Assembly: GCA_047602405.1 (NCBI GenBank)
Contig: JASGHJ010000001.1
Coordinates: 1,312,001 to 1,376,000, forward strand
Direction: 5' to 3'
DNA: 64,000 nt
Source of the DNA: Anaeromyxobacteraceae bacterium
GTDB taxonomy: Bacteria > Myxococcota > Myxococcia > Myxococcales > Anaeromyxobacteraceae
Shown here: positions 33,435 to 42,628 of the stretch, in pieces
Layout of the letters: every line of letters starts with the position of its first letter
Position numbering within the stretch: the first letter of the stretch is position 1
The notes under the pieces: generated by a model
The model's database searches: none
What the model saw: only the letters and a program-made list of their open reading frames with translations
Told to the model about the DNA's origin: nothing
Position numbers and translations under genes: made by a program

Positions 33435-33464
33435 GCGGCCGCCTCCGGGCGGCCGCTGCATTTT
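33435..33464 (+). terminator. probable intrinsic terminator
   Basis: 9-bp stem GCGGCCGCC-TCCG-GGCGGCCGC followed by TGCATTTT. Confidence 0.6.
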
Positions 33465-33495
33465 CGGGCTCCGGTCCGCTCGCCCTCTGCCCTGT

Positions 33496-33569
33496 CGCTC
33501 GTCCTTCGACTTCGTTCATCCTGAGCGTAGCCGCCGAAGGCGGCGGAGTCGAAGGACTCAGGATGAGCG
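33496..33569. repeat. nested REP-like elements, family B
   Basis: Forward copy 33514-33557 sits between the two halves of a reverse copy (GTCCTTCGACTTCG ... CTCAGGATGAGCG). Confidence 0.75.
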
Positions 33570-33587
33570 GCCAAGAGGTTGCCCGGA

Positions 33588-35114
33588 ATGTCACTCGACG
33601 CCAGAGAGCTCGCCGCGATCGTCGCGGAGCTCGCCCCGCTCGCGGGCGCGCGGCTCTCCGAGGTGCGGGTCCACGCCGAGCGGGCGCTGACGCTCGAGCT
33701 CGCGACGCCGGCGGGCGCGGTCCACCTCCTCCTCTCCGCGGAGCCCGACGTCACCCGGCTCCACGTCGCGACCCGGCGGCCGCCGCGGCTCGACGAGCCG
33801 CTCGCCTTCCAGGTCGTGCTCCGCCGGGAGCTCGCCGGCGCGCGCCTCACGGCGGTCGACCTCGCCCCGGGCGACCGGGTGGTCTCGCTCGTCTTCGCCG
33901 CGGCGGGCGGCGAGCGCCGCCTCGTCGCCGAGCTGACCGGGCGCCACGGCAACCTCGTCCTCGTCGGCGCCGACGGCCTCGTGCTCGCGACCGCGGGCCG
34001 GAACCTGTCGCAGCGGCGCGAGCTCGTGCCGGGGAAGCCGTACGCGGCTGCGTCTCCGGGGGGCTCGGCGCCCCCCGCCCCGTCGAGCGAGGCTCGCCCG
34101 GGCCCCACCCCCGCCGGGCAGCGCCCCGGCCCCGTCGGGCCCGACCGCGGCCGCTTCGCGCCCGACCCCGCCTCGGCGTTCCCCCTCTCGGCGGCGGTCG
34201 AGCGCCACTACCTCGCCGTCGAGGAGGAGCGCCGGCTCCAGGAGGCCCGCAAGCGCCTGCGGGAGCCGCTCCGCGCCGGCGCGGCCCGCCTCGGGCGCGC
34301 GCTCGAGAAGCTCGCCGACGAGGCCGCGCGCGTGCCCGCCGCCGAGGAGGACCGCCGGGTCGCCGACCTCCTCAAGACGAACCTCCACCGCGTGAAGCGC
34401 GGCATGGCCTCGGTGACGGTGACCGAGTGGACGGCGGAGGGCCCCCGGGAGGTCACGGTGGGCCTCGACCCCGCGCTCACCCCGCAGGCCAACATGGAGC
34501 GCGCCTACCGGCGCTACCGGCGCATCGTCGAGAGCGCGGCGCGCGTCGCGGCCCGCACCGCCGAGGTCGAGGCGAAGCTCGTCGCCGTGCGCGCGCTCCT
34601 CACCGCGCTCGACGGCGCGGCCCACGAGGACCTGCCGCGGCTCGAGCGCGAGGCGAGGCGGCTCGGCGCCGGGCCCCGTCCGCCGCCTCGCCCGAGGAAG
34701 CGCCGCGACGACGCGCCCGCGCTCCCCTACCGCGCCTTCCGCTCGCTCGCGGGCGTCGCGATCCTGGTCGGCAGGGGCGCCGCCCAGAACGACGCGCTCC
34801 GCAACCGGCACGCGCGCGGCAACGACCTCTGGCTGCACGCCCGCGGCGTGCCCGGCTCCCACGTCATCGTGCGGATGGGGAAGGGCACCGGCCCCGACCA
34901 GGAGACGCTCCTCGACGCGGCGCACCTCGCGGCCCACTTCTCCGACGCCCGCGGCGCGCCGCTCGTCGAGGTGGCCTGGACCCGGGTGAAGTACGTGAAG
35001 AAGCCGAAGGGCGCCGCGCCGGGCGCCGTCGAGTACCACCAGGAGAAGGTGCTCCCCCTCCGCGCCGAGCCCGGTCGCGTCGAGCGCCTGCTCGCCGAAG
35101 AAGAGACCACCTGA
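33588..35114 (+). CDS. rqcH: NFACT-family protein (RqcH/Rqc2, ribosome quality control)
   Basis: NFACT-N with the DR motif (PGDRVV) and AELTGRHGNLVL, a coiled-coil region with LDPALTPQANMERAY, and NFACT-R GRGAAQND..DLWLHARGVPGSHV. Confidence 0.85.
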   Translation: MSLDARELAAIVAELAPLAGARLSEVRVHAERALTLELATPAGAVHLLLSAEPDVTRLHVATRRPPRLDEPLAFQVVLRRELAGARLTAVDLAPGDRVVSLVFAAAGGERRLVAELTGRHGNLVLVGADGLVLATAGRNLSQRRELVPGKPYAAASPGGSAPPAPSSEARPGPTPAGQRPGPVGPDRGRFAPDPASAFPLSAAVERHYLAVEEERRLQEARKRLREPLRAGAARLGRALEKLADEAARVPAAEEDRRVADLLKTNLHRVKRGMASVTVTEWTAEGPREVTVGLDPALTPQANMERAYRRYRRIVESAARVAARTAEVEAKLVAVRALLTALDGAAHEDLPRLEREARRLGAGPRPPPRPRKRRDDAPALPYRAFRSLAGVAILVGRGAAQNDALRNRHARGNDLWLHARGVPGSHVIVRMGKGTGPDQETLLDAAHLAAHFSDARGAPLVEVAWTRVKYVKKPKGAAPGAVEYHQEKVLPLRAEPGRVERLLAEEETT

Positions 35115-35183
35115 CCGCCTGCCCGGCCGGGTGAGAGGGCGGCCCTTGATGGGCGCGCGCCGGGCCGCTGTAGAATCCCGCGC

Positions 35184-35933
35184 GTGACGAAGCAGCAGGC
35201 CTCCCGCCAGCTCGCCCTGTTCGAGCCGGGCCGCACCCGCGAGACGCGCGCCTCCGCGCTCGAGCTCGCCGACACCCTCTCCGGGCTCCTGGGCGAGCGC
35301 GTGCGCCTCACCGTGCACGACAACCGCTCGACGATGGTCTCGTTCCGCCGGGAGGAGGGCGAGCTGCAGTACCGGGTGCACCACATGTTCCTCGAGGCGC
35401 CCGGCGAGGTGGTCGACGCGCTCGCGAGCTTCGCGGGGGGCCAGCGCCAGCCGCGCGGCGCCCGCAAGCGGGCCGGCCAGAAGATCGACGCCTTCGTGCG
35501 CCAGCACCGCGCGCGCATCGCGCCGCCCGACCTCGAGGGGCTGCAGCCGCGGGGGCGGGTCCACGACCTCGAGGCGATCTTCGACGCCCTGAACGCCCGC
35601 TGGTTCGAGAACCGGATCGAGGCCCGCATCGGCTGGGGCCCCGTCCGGCTCGGGCGCCGGCGCCGCACCGTGAAGACCGGCGTCTACGTCCACGACGGGA
35701 AGCTCATCCGCATCCACCCGACGCTCGACCGCCCCGAGGTGCCGGAGTTCTACGTCGCCGCGGTCGTCTTCCACGAGATGCTCCACCAGGCGGTGCCCGC
35801 GCGCGAGGTGAACGGCCGGCGCATCGTGCACGGCCCCGACTTTCGCCGTCTCGAGCGCGCCTACCCGGACCACGAGCGGGCCCGCCAGTGGGAGGAGCGC
35901 AACCTGGGGCTGCTCCTCTCCTCTCCCGCCTAG
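35184..35933 (+). CDS. SprT/YgjP-like zinc metalloprotease domain protein
   Basis: IRIHPTLD..VVFHEMLH..HGPDFRRLE. Confidence 0.8.
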   Translation: MTKQQASRQLALFEPGRTRETRASALELADTLSGLLGERVRLTVHDNRSTMVSFRREEGELQYRVHHMFLEAPGEVVDALASFAGGQRQPRGARKRAGQKIDAFVRQHRARIAPPDLEGLQPRGRVHDLEAIFDALNARWFENRIEARIGWGPVRLGRRRRTVKTGVYVHDGKLIRIHPTLDRPEVPEFYVAAVVFHEMLHQAVPAREVNGRRIVHGPDFRRLERAYPDHERARQWEERNLGLLLSSPA

Positions 35934-35992
35934 AACCGGGCGCGCGGGCCCGACCTGGGCCATGATGGAGATCCCAAGCCGCGCGGATCTCC

Positions 35993-37954
35993 ATGCCCCG
36001 CACCTCCGTCACCCTCGCCGCGCTCGTCCTCCTCGCGCTCGCCTCGCCGGGGTGCCTGTGGAGCCGCGGCACGCCGGAGGAGCCGATTGTCTCCCGGCTC
36101 GAGCTCCGCGGGGTGAAGCGGTTCGACCCGGACGAGGTCGCCGCCGTGCTCGCGACGCGCGGCCCGGAGGCGCAGCTCTTCCCGCCCCGGAAGATCGGCT
36201 ACCGGCTCGACCCCGACGCGCTCGCGGTGGACGCACGCCGGGTGGAGGCCTGGTACCGCGACCGCGGGTACTTCGGCGCGAAGGTGGGCGGCGTCGAGGT
36301 GGTGCCGGACGGGGCGGGGCGGGCGAAGGTCGTCATGACCGTGAAGGAGGGCGACCCGGTCAAGGTGCGCTCCGTCGCGATGGACGGCCTCCGGGAGGCG
36401 CCCGAGGCGATGGAGCGGCTGGGGCGGGCTCCGCTCGAGGTCGGGGACGTCTTCAGCGTGGCGGCGTACGACGCCACGCGGGACGCGATCCTCTCCGCGC
36501 TGAAGGGCACCGGCTGGCCGACGGCCGAGGTGACCCAGCGCGCGCGGGTGCTGCCCGACGAGGGCGCGGTCGAGGTCACCTACGAGGTGAAGCCCGGCCC
36601 GCGGCTCCGCTTCGGGCCCATCTTCGTCGCCGGCACCTCCGCCGTGTCGCGCGCGCTCATCCGCGACCAGGCCACCGCCGACGTGAAGACCGGAGAGTGG
36701 TACGACGCCCGGAAGCTCGAGCTCGCGCAGGCCCGGGTGTTCGCCCTGGGCGTCTTCTCGGGCGTGCGGGTGACGACCGGCGCGCCCACGCCGGGCGAGG
36801 CCGCGGTGCCCGTCGTGATCGCCGTGCGCGAGGCGCCGTTCCGCACGCTCCGCCTCGGCCCGAGCATCGGCATCGAGACCACGCGCTGGGAGGCGCGGGG
36901 CGTCGCGGGCTGGACGCACCGGAACTTCGGCGGCGACCTGCGCCGGGTCAGCGTCGACGGGCGGGTGGGCTACGCGTGGCTGCCGACCGCGCTCTCGGCG
37001 GCCCGCAACCCGAACGCCGACGGCGTGCGCGTCGGCTGGGTCGGTGAGCTCGCGCTCGAGTACGCGCAGCCGGCCGCGTTCACGCGCTACGTCGACACGA
37101 GCGCGAAGCTCGACGTCGAGAAGGGCATCGAGCTCGCGTACCGGTTCTGGGCGCAGCGGCTCCAGCTCGGCCTCCCGCTGCGCTTCTCGCCGCGCTGGAC
37201 GCTCGTGCCCTCCTACAACGTCGAGGTCTACGAGCTCTCCGACGTCCCCTCCGGCGACTCCACGAGCCAGCGGCCCGTGCTCGAGAACTGCCCGAACACG
37301 GTCTGCCTCCTCTCGTACCTCGAGCAGCGGATCGCGTTCGACCACCGCGACAGCCCGGTCGAGACCCGCAGCGGCTTCTACGCCGCCATCGCCGTGCAGG
37401 AGGGCGTGAACCTCGGCGGCTACGGCTACCGGTACCTGCGCGTCCTGCCCGAGCTGCGCGGCTTCGTGCCGCTCGGCCCGCGCACCGTGGTGGCGGGGCG
37501 GGCGCGCGGCGGGGCGCTCGTGCCGGTGAACGAGAACGGCAACCCGCCCATCGTCGCCCGCTTCTTCGCCGGCGGGCCGAGCTCGAACCGCGGCTTCACG
37601 ACCCGCGGGCTCTCGCCGATGGAGAACGGCGTGCCCATCGGCGGGAACGGCCTGCTCGAGGGCTCGCTGGAGCTGCGCCAGGGGCTCCTCGGCGCGCTCT
37701 CCGGCGTGCTGTTCACGGACGTGGGGCGCGTGCTCGGGTCGGGCGGCGCGCCGAGCGCGTACCAGGAGGTGCTCGACGTCTCTCGCCTCGAGCTCGCGGT
37801 GGGCGGCGGGCTACGCTACGCGACCCCCTTCGGGCCGGTGCGGCTCGACGTGGGCCTCAGGCCCCGCCGTTTCACCGAGGTGCACGGCTTCCGGAGCCTC
37901 TTCGGCGGGCAGTTCCCCGGCGCGGTGCACATCTCGATCGGGGAGGCGTTCTGA
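35993..37954 (+). CDS. Omp85-family TamA/BamA-like outer-membrane protein with POTRA domains
   Basis: POTRA-type YRDRGYF; barrel motifs FFAGGPSSNRGF and GLRYATPFGPVRLDVG; C-terminal ISIGEAF; directly upstream of a TamB-like gene. Confidence 0.88.
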   Translation: MPRTSVTLAALVLLALASPGCLWSRGTPEEPIVSRLELRGVKRFDPDEVAAVLATRGPEAQLFPPRKIGYRLDPDALAVDARRVEAWYRDRGYFGAKVGGVEVVPDGAGRAKVVMTVKEGDPVKVRSVAMDGLREAPEAMERLGRAPLEVGDVFSVAAYDATRDAILSALKGTGWPTAEVTQRARVLPDEGAVEVTYEVKPGPRLRFGPIFVAGTSAVSRALIRDQATADVKTGEWYDARKLELAQARVFALGVFSGVRVTTGAPTPGEAAVPVVIAVREAPFRTLRLGPSIGIETTRWEARGVAGWTHRNFGGDLRRVSVDGRVGYAWLPTALSAARNPNADGVRVGWVGELALEYAQPAAFTRYVDTSAKLDVEKGIELAYRFWAQRLQLGLPLRFSPRWTLVPSYNVEVYELSDVPSGDSTSQRPVLENCPNTVCLLSYLEQRIAFDHRDSPVETRSGFYAAIAVQEGVNLGGYGYRYLRVLPELRGFVPLGPRTVVAGRARGGALVPVNENGNPPIVARFFAGGPSSNRGFTTRGLSPMENGVPIGGNGLLEGSLELRQGLLGALSGVLFTDVGRVLGSGGAPSAYQEVLDVSRLELAVGGGLRYATPFGPVRLDVGLRPRRFTEVHGFRSLFGGQFPGAVHISIGEAF

Positions 37955-40900
37955 TGCGGGCGCTGCGCCTCACGCTCGCGATCATGGGCTGGACGTTCGT
38001 CGTGGCGGCGGCGCTCGCGGGCGTCTCGATCTCGGCGGCCGTGCTCTGGGCGCGCACGCCCGCCGGCCGGGAGATGGTCGCCTCGCAGGTGGTCGGCCTC
38101 CTCGACCGGCAGCTCGCCGGGCGGTTCACGCTCGGCAGCGTGGGCGTCCTGCCCGGCGGCGAGGTGGAGCTCCGCGACCTCAAGGTCTACGACCCCGACG
38201 AGCGCCTCGTGCTCGAGGTGGGCCGCGCCTCGGTGGGCGCCGACGTGACGCGCCTGCGGGCGCGGGTCGTCGCCGTCTCGCTCGAGCTCGACGGCGCGAA
38301 GGTGCTGCTCGACGAGGGCGAGGACGGGAGCCTCTCGCTGGCGCGCGCCTTCGCGCCGACCGAGCCCCCGGCGCCGGACGCGCCCTCCGCCGGGCCCACC
38401 TTCACGATCCGGGTGAACCGCCTCGCGCTCCGCGACGGCTCGGTCTGGTGGCGCGCGGCGGACGGTGCGACGCGGCTCGACGCCCGCGGCCTCGCGATCG
38501 ACGGGCGCGGCGCGTACGGGCCCGGGCTCGCCGAGCTCGACCTCGCCGCGCGGGCGCAGGTGGACGTGCCGGTGGAGGCGCCGTTCGAGCTCGGGGTGCG
38601 GGCGGCGCGCGACGCCGACCGGCTCTGGCTGCCGGTGCTCAGGGCCCGGCTCGGGGCGACGGCGCTCGAGGCGCTCGGGGAGGGCGACCTCGCGAAGGGG
38701 AGCGGGAGGCTCGCGGTGACCCGGCTCGCCGTCGACCGGGGCCAGGCGCGCGCGCTCGCGCCGGCGGCGGGCGACGGCGCGGAATCTCGGCGCGCGGGCG
38801 TACGCGGAGACCGACGGGAAGCTCGCGACCGCCGCCGTCGTCGTCGCGCCCGCCGGCGCGGGGGGCTCGGCGCGGGCGGCGGTGGCGGCGCGTCCGGGCG
38901 ACCTCGTCTCGGGCGCCACGCCGGCCGCCGGGCTCGACCTCGCGCTCGAGGGGCTCGACCCCTCCCGGCTCCTCGCGGCGCTGCCGGAGGGCGCGGTCAC
39001 GCTCTCCGCCCACGGCGGCGCCGCCGGCACCTCGCTCGACGACCTCCGCGGCCAGCTCGAGGCCCGCCTCGAGCGGTCCACGCTCCGGGGCGTCGCGATC
39101 GGTCCGGGCGACGTGAAGGCGAGGGCGGACCGCGGGGACGTGGACGTCTCCCGGATCGTGCTCGCCGCGCCGGGGGTCGCGATCGACGGCGCGGGCCGGT
39201 GGCGAAGGAAGGGGAGCGTGTCCGGACGGCTCACCGTGGATGCCGCCGACCTCGCCGCGGCCGCTGGCGCCGCGGCCCGGCTCTCCGGCCGCCCCGTCCC
39301 GCCCGCGTCCGGCTCCGTCCGGCTCGACGCCACCGTGTCCGGCACCGGGCAGGCCCCGGCCCTGTCCGGCACGCTCGCCTCGCCGGCGCTCGCCTGGGAC
39401 GGCACCACGGTGCGCGGCCTGCACGCCCGCGTGAGCGCCGCGGGGCCCGCGAGCGCCGCCCGCGGCGCCGTCGAGCTCACCGCCGACGCGCTGCGCAGCG
39501 GCGCCGAGGATCTGGCCCGCAAGCTCGGCCTCACCGCGCGCCTCGAGGGCGACGAGGCGAGCGTGTCCGGCACCGCCGTGGTGCCCTCGCTCGGCGCCCA
39601 GCCGGTGGCCCTCTCGGGACGCGGCACGCTCGACGGCAGGCGCGAGAAGCTCGCGGTGCGGGAGCTCTCGCTCGGCTGGCCCGGGGAGCGCTGGGCGCTC
39701 GCGGCGCCGGCGACGGTGACGCTCGGCGGCCCGTCGGTCGATCGGCTCGAGCTCGAGAGCGGGGACCAGCGGCTCGTCCTCGAGGGCGGCCTCGGGACCT
39801 CCCGCGCCGGCCCGAAGGTGGCCGGGACGGCGCTCGACGCGCGCGTGCAGGCCGTGCGGCTCGACCTCGCGCGGCTGCCGCGGGGCCTCGTGCCGGCGGG
39901 GCTCGGCGGGCGCGCAGAGCTCGACGCCCGCGCGACCGGCACGAGCAGGCGGCCGGTCGCGGCGGCGAGGTTCCGCGTGATCGACGGGACCGCCCAGGGG
40001 TTCGACGGGCTCGGCGCCCAGGGCGAGCTCGGCTGGGACGGCCGCGAGGGGCGCGCCCGGGTCACCGCGCAGCTCACCCGCAAGCAGGGCGGGCGCGTCG
40101 AGGTGAGCGCGGACCTGCCCGTGCCGCTCGCCCGGCGCCGCCCGGAGCCGGTCTCCGTGTGGGTGACGGCCGAGGCGCTCCCGCTCGCCGAGGCGCTCCT
40201 CGCGGCCGGCGAGGACCTCCCGCTGGACGGGAGGCTCGCGGCGTCGCTCCGCCTCCAGGGCACGACCGCGGACCCCGCGCTCACGGCCGAGGTGAGCCTC
40301 GCCGACGGCGTGTGGGACGACCTCTACCCGCTCGAGGGCAAGGTCGCGCTCGCCGCGCCCGGCGATCGCGCCGCGCTCGACGCGACGCTCGTGGTGGACG
40401 GTGGCCGGGCGCTCACCGCGCACGCCGAGCTCCCGCTCGACCTCGCCGAGGCCCTGGCGCGCCCGGCGGCGGTGGCCGAGAAGCTCCCGAGGGCGCCGCT
40501 CCGCGCGGAGGTCACGGTCCCCTCGTTCGATCTCCTCCTCCTCGCCGGCGCGGTCGGCGTGCCCCGCGATCTGACCGGCACGCTCGACGGCGCGGCCCAC
40601 CTCGAGGGCACGCTCGAGGCGCCGCGCGGCACGATCGGCGCCGAGGTGCAGCGGGTCGCCCTCGCCGGCTACCGCGAGCTCGCCGCGCGCGCGGAGGTCC
40701 GGCTGCTCGGGGACCAGGTGGCGCTGCAGGCCACCGCCTCCGTCGCGGGTGCCGAGCTGCTGCGCGCGAAGGGCTCGCTCGCGGGCGCGCCCGAGCGGCT
40801 CGCGCGGCCCGGGGCGCTCGCGAAGGCGAGGGTGACGCTGCACGCGGAGGTGCCCACGGTGGACCTCTCCCGTGCCTCCTCGGCCGACGTCGCCCTCGGG

Positions 40901-42487
40901 GGCGTGCTCGCCGGCACCGCCGACCTCGAGGGCACCCTCGCGGCGCCGGCGCTCACGGCGTCCATCTCCGGCACCGACCTCACGGTCCAGGGGAAGCCGC
41001 TCGGCGCGCTCGACGCCGGCGCGACCCACGAGGCCGGCAAGACCGAGCTCATGGCGCGCCTGCGCCCGCGCACGGGCGGCGAGCTCCGGGCGGTCGGCAC
41101 CGTGACCGCGCGGCTCGGGCTCGGCGCGAAGGACGACCTCGCGCAGGCGCCCGTGGACGCGCGCCTGGTGGCCGAGGGCGTGGACCTCGGCTTCCTGCCC
41201 GCCGCGGCGCCGGGCGTCGTGCGCGAGGCGCAGGGGAAGCTCGAGGGCGAGGTGCGCGCGCTGGGCCCGCTCTCGAGGCCCAGCCCCCGCGGCCGGCTCA
41301 CCGTGAAGGACGCGCGCCTCGCCGTGGCGGAGTACGGCGACTGGAGCGGCATCGCCGTCGACGTCGAGGTGAACGACGACGCCGTCGAGCTCAGGCAGCT
41401 CGAGGCGCACCGCGGGAAGGGCAAGCTCGTCGCGAAGGGCTCGGTGCGCGGGCTCGCGGGCCGGGCCGCCACCATCCAGGCGAGCGCCGAGCTCGATCGG
41501 CTCACGGTCGCGCGCGCCGGCATGGACCTCGCGACGTTCGACATGAAGCTCTCGGCCACCGGGAGCTACGCGGGCGGCACGGCCGAGGTCGAGGTGAAGC
41601 TGCCGGGCGGCACGGTGACGCTGCCGAGGAAGCTGCCGCGCTCGCTCCAGTCGCTCGAGCAGCGCCCGGACATCGTGGTCGGCCGCCAGCGGGAGCGGAA
41701 GAAGCCCCCGCGCCCGAAGGCCGGGCCGGGGGCGCCCGCGCGGCCGGGCGAGGCGCCGCTCCGGGTGGTGGTGCACGCCGCGGTGCCGGGCCAGCTCTTC
41801 GTGAAGGGCGACGATCCGCGCGTGAACGTGGAGCTCAAGGCCGACGTCACCTACGAGCTCGTCGGCGGCGAGGACTACGCCTCGGGCGAGGTGACCGTGA
41901 TCCGCGGCTTCGTCGAGCCCATCGGCGGCCGGCTCTTCGAGCTCGCCCGCGGCAGCGTGCAGTTCACGGGCGGGCCGCCCACCGCCGCGCTGCTCGACGT
42001 CGAGGCCCACTGGGAGAGCGCCGACCGGTACAAGGTCACGGTGAACGTCTCCGGCCCCATGCTCGAGCCGCAGGTGAAGCTCTCGTCGCAGCCGGCGCTG
42101 GAGGACGCGCAGATCGCGCTCCTCATCGCGACCGGGCGCACGGAGCTCAAGCGTGGGTCGGGCGAGGTGGGCTCGCTGACCGCGACCGACGCGGCGTCGA
42201 AGGCGCTCGGGGTGGTGGTCTCGAGCGCGTTCAAGAACATGCTGCAGAACAAGCTGCCCATCGACACCCTGTCCTTCGACGCGACCTCGGTGCAGGCGGG
42301 CACGTACCTGCCGAACTCGAAGATCTACATCGGCTACACGTACCGGTTCGACGCCGCGATCGACAAGGGCCAGAACCAGAACGAGGTGTCGGTCGAGTAC
42401 CAGATCACCCCGCGCTGGACGCTGGAGTCGCGCTACGGCGACGGGCAATCCGGCTCGGCGTCGCTGATCTGGTCCAGGGATTACTGA
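37954..42487 (+). CDS. TamB/AsmA-like translocation and assembly module protein; apparent frameshift at 38782-38786
   Basis: N-terminal TM anchor, long beta-rich repeats and a C-terminal DUF490-like region (LSSQPAL..IALLIATG..VEYQITPRWTLE..DY). Reading GAATC as GATC joins the two ORFs. Confidence 0.85.
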
Positions 42488-42488
42488 G

Positions 42489-42619
42489 CTTCACGGGGGC
42501 GTCCCTCGACTGCGCGGCCTGCTGCAAAGGCGGACACGCTCGGGATGACCGGCCGGAGGTCTCCCCGGCCGTCCGTCCCGAGCGTAGGGCCCGCCTCGGC
42601 GGGCCCGGAGACGAGGGAC
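42489..42619. repeat. inverted pair of family-B REP-like elements between convergent genes
   Basis: Reverse copy 42489-42549 (GTCATCCCGAGCGT..AGTCGAGGGAC on the minus strand) and forward copy 42571-42619 (GTCCCGAGCGTA-hairpin-GGAGACGAGGGAC). Confidence 0.75.
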
Positions 42620-42628
42620 GACCCTGGC

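Noticed and set aside
33287..33578. N-terminal extension of the NFACT gene or a long ORF 33287..35134
   Set aside because: It is a different frame with no motifs. The NFACT domain begins at MSLD (33588) and the interval holds the micropeptide, terminator and repeat.
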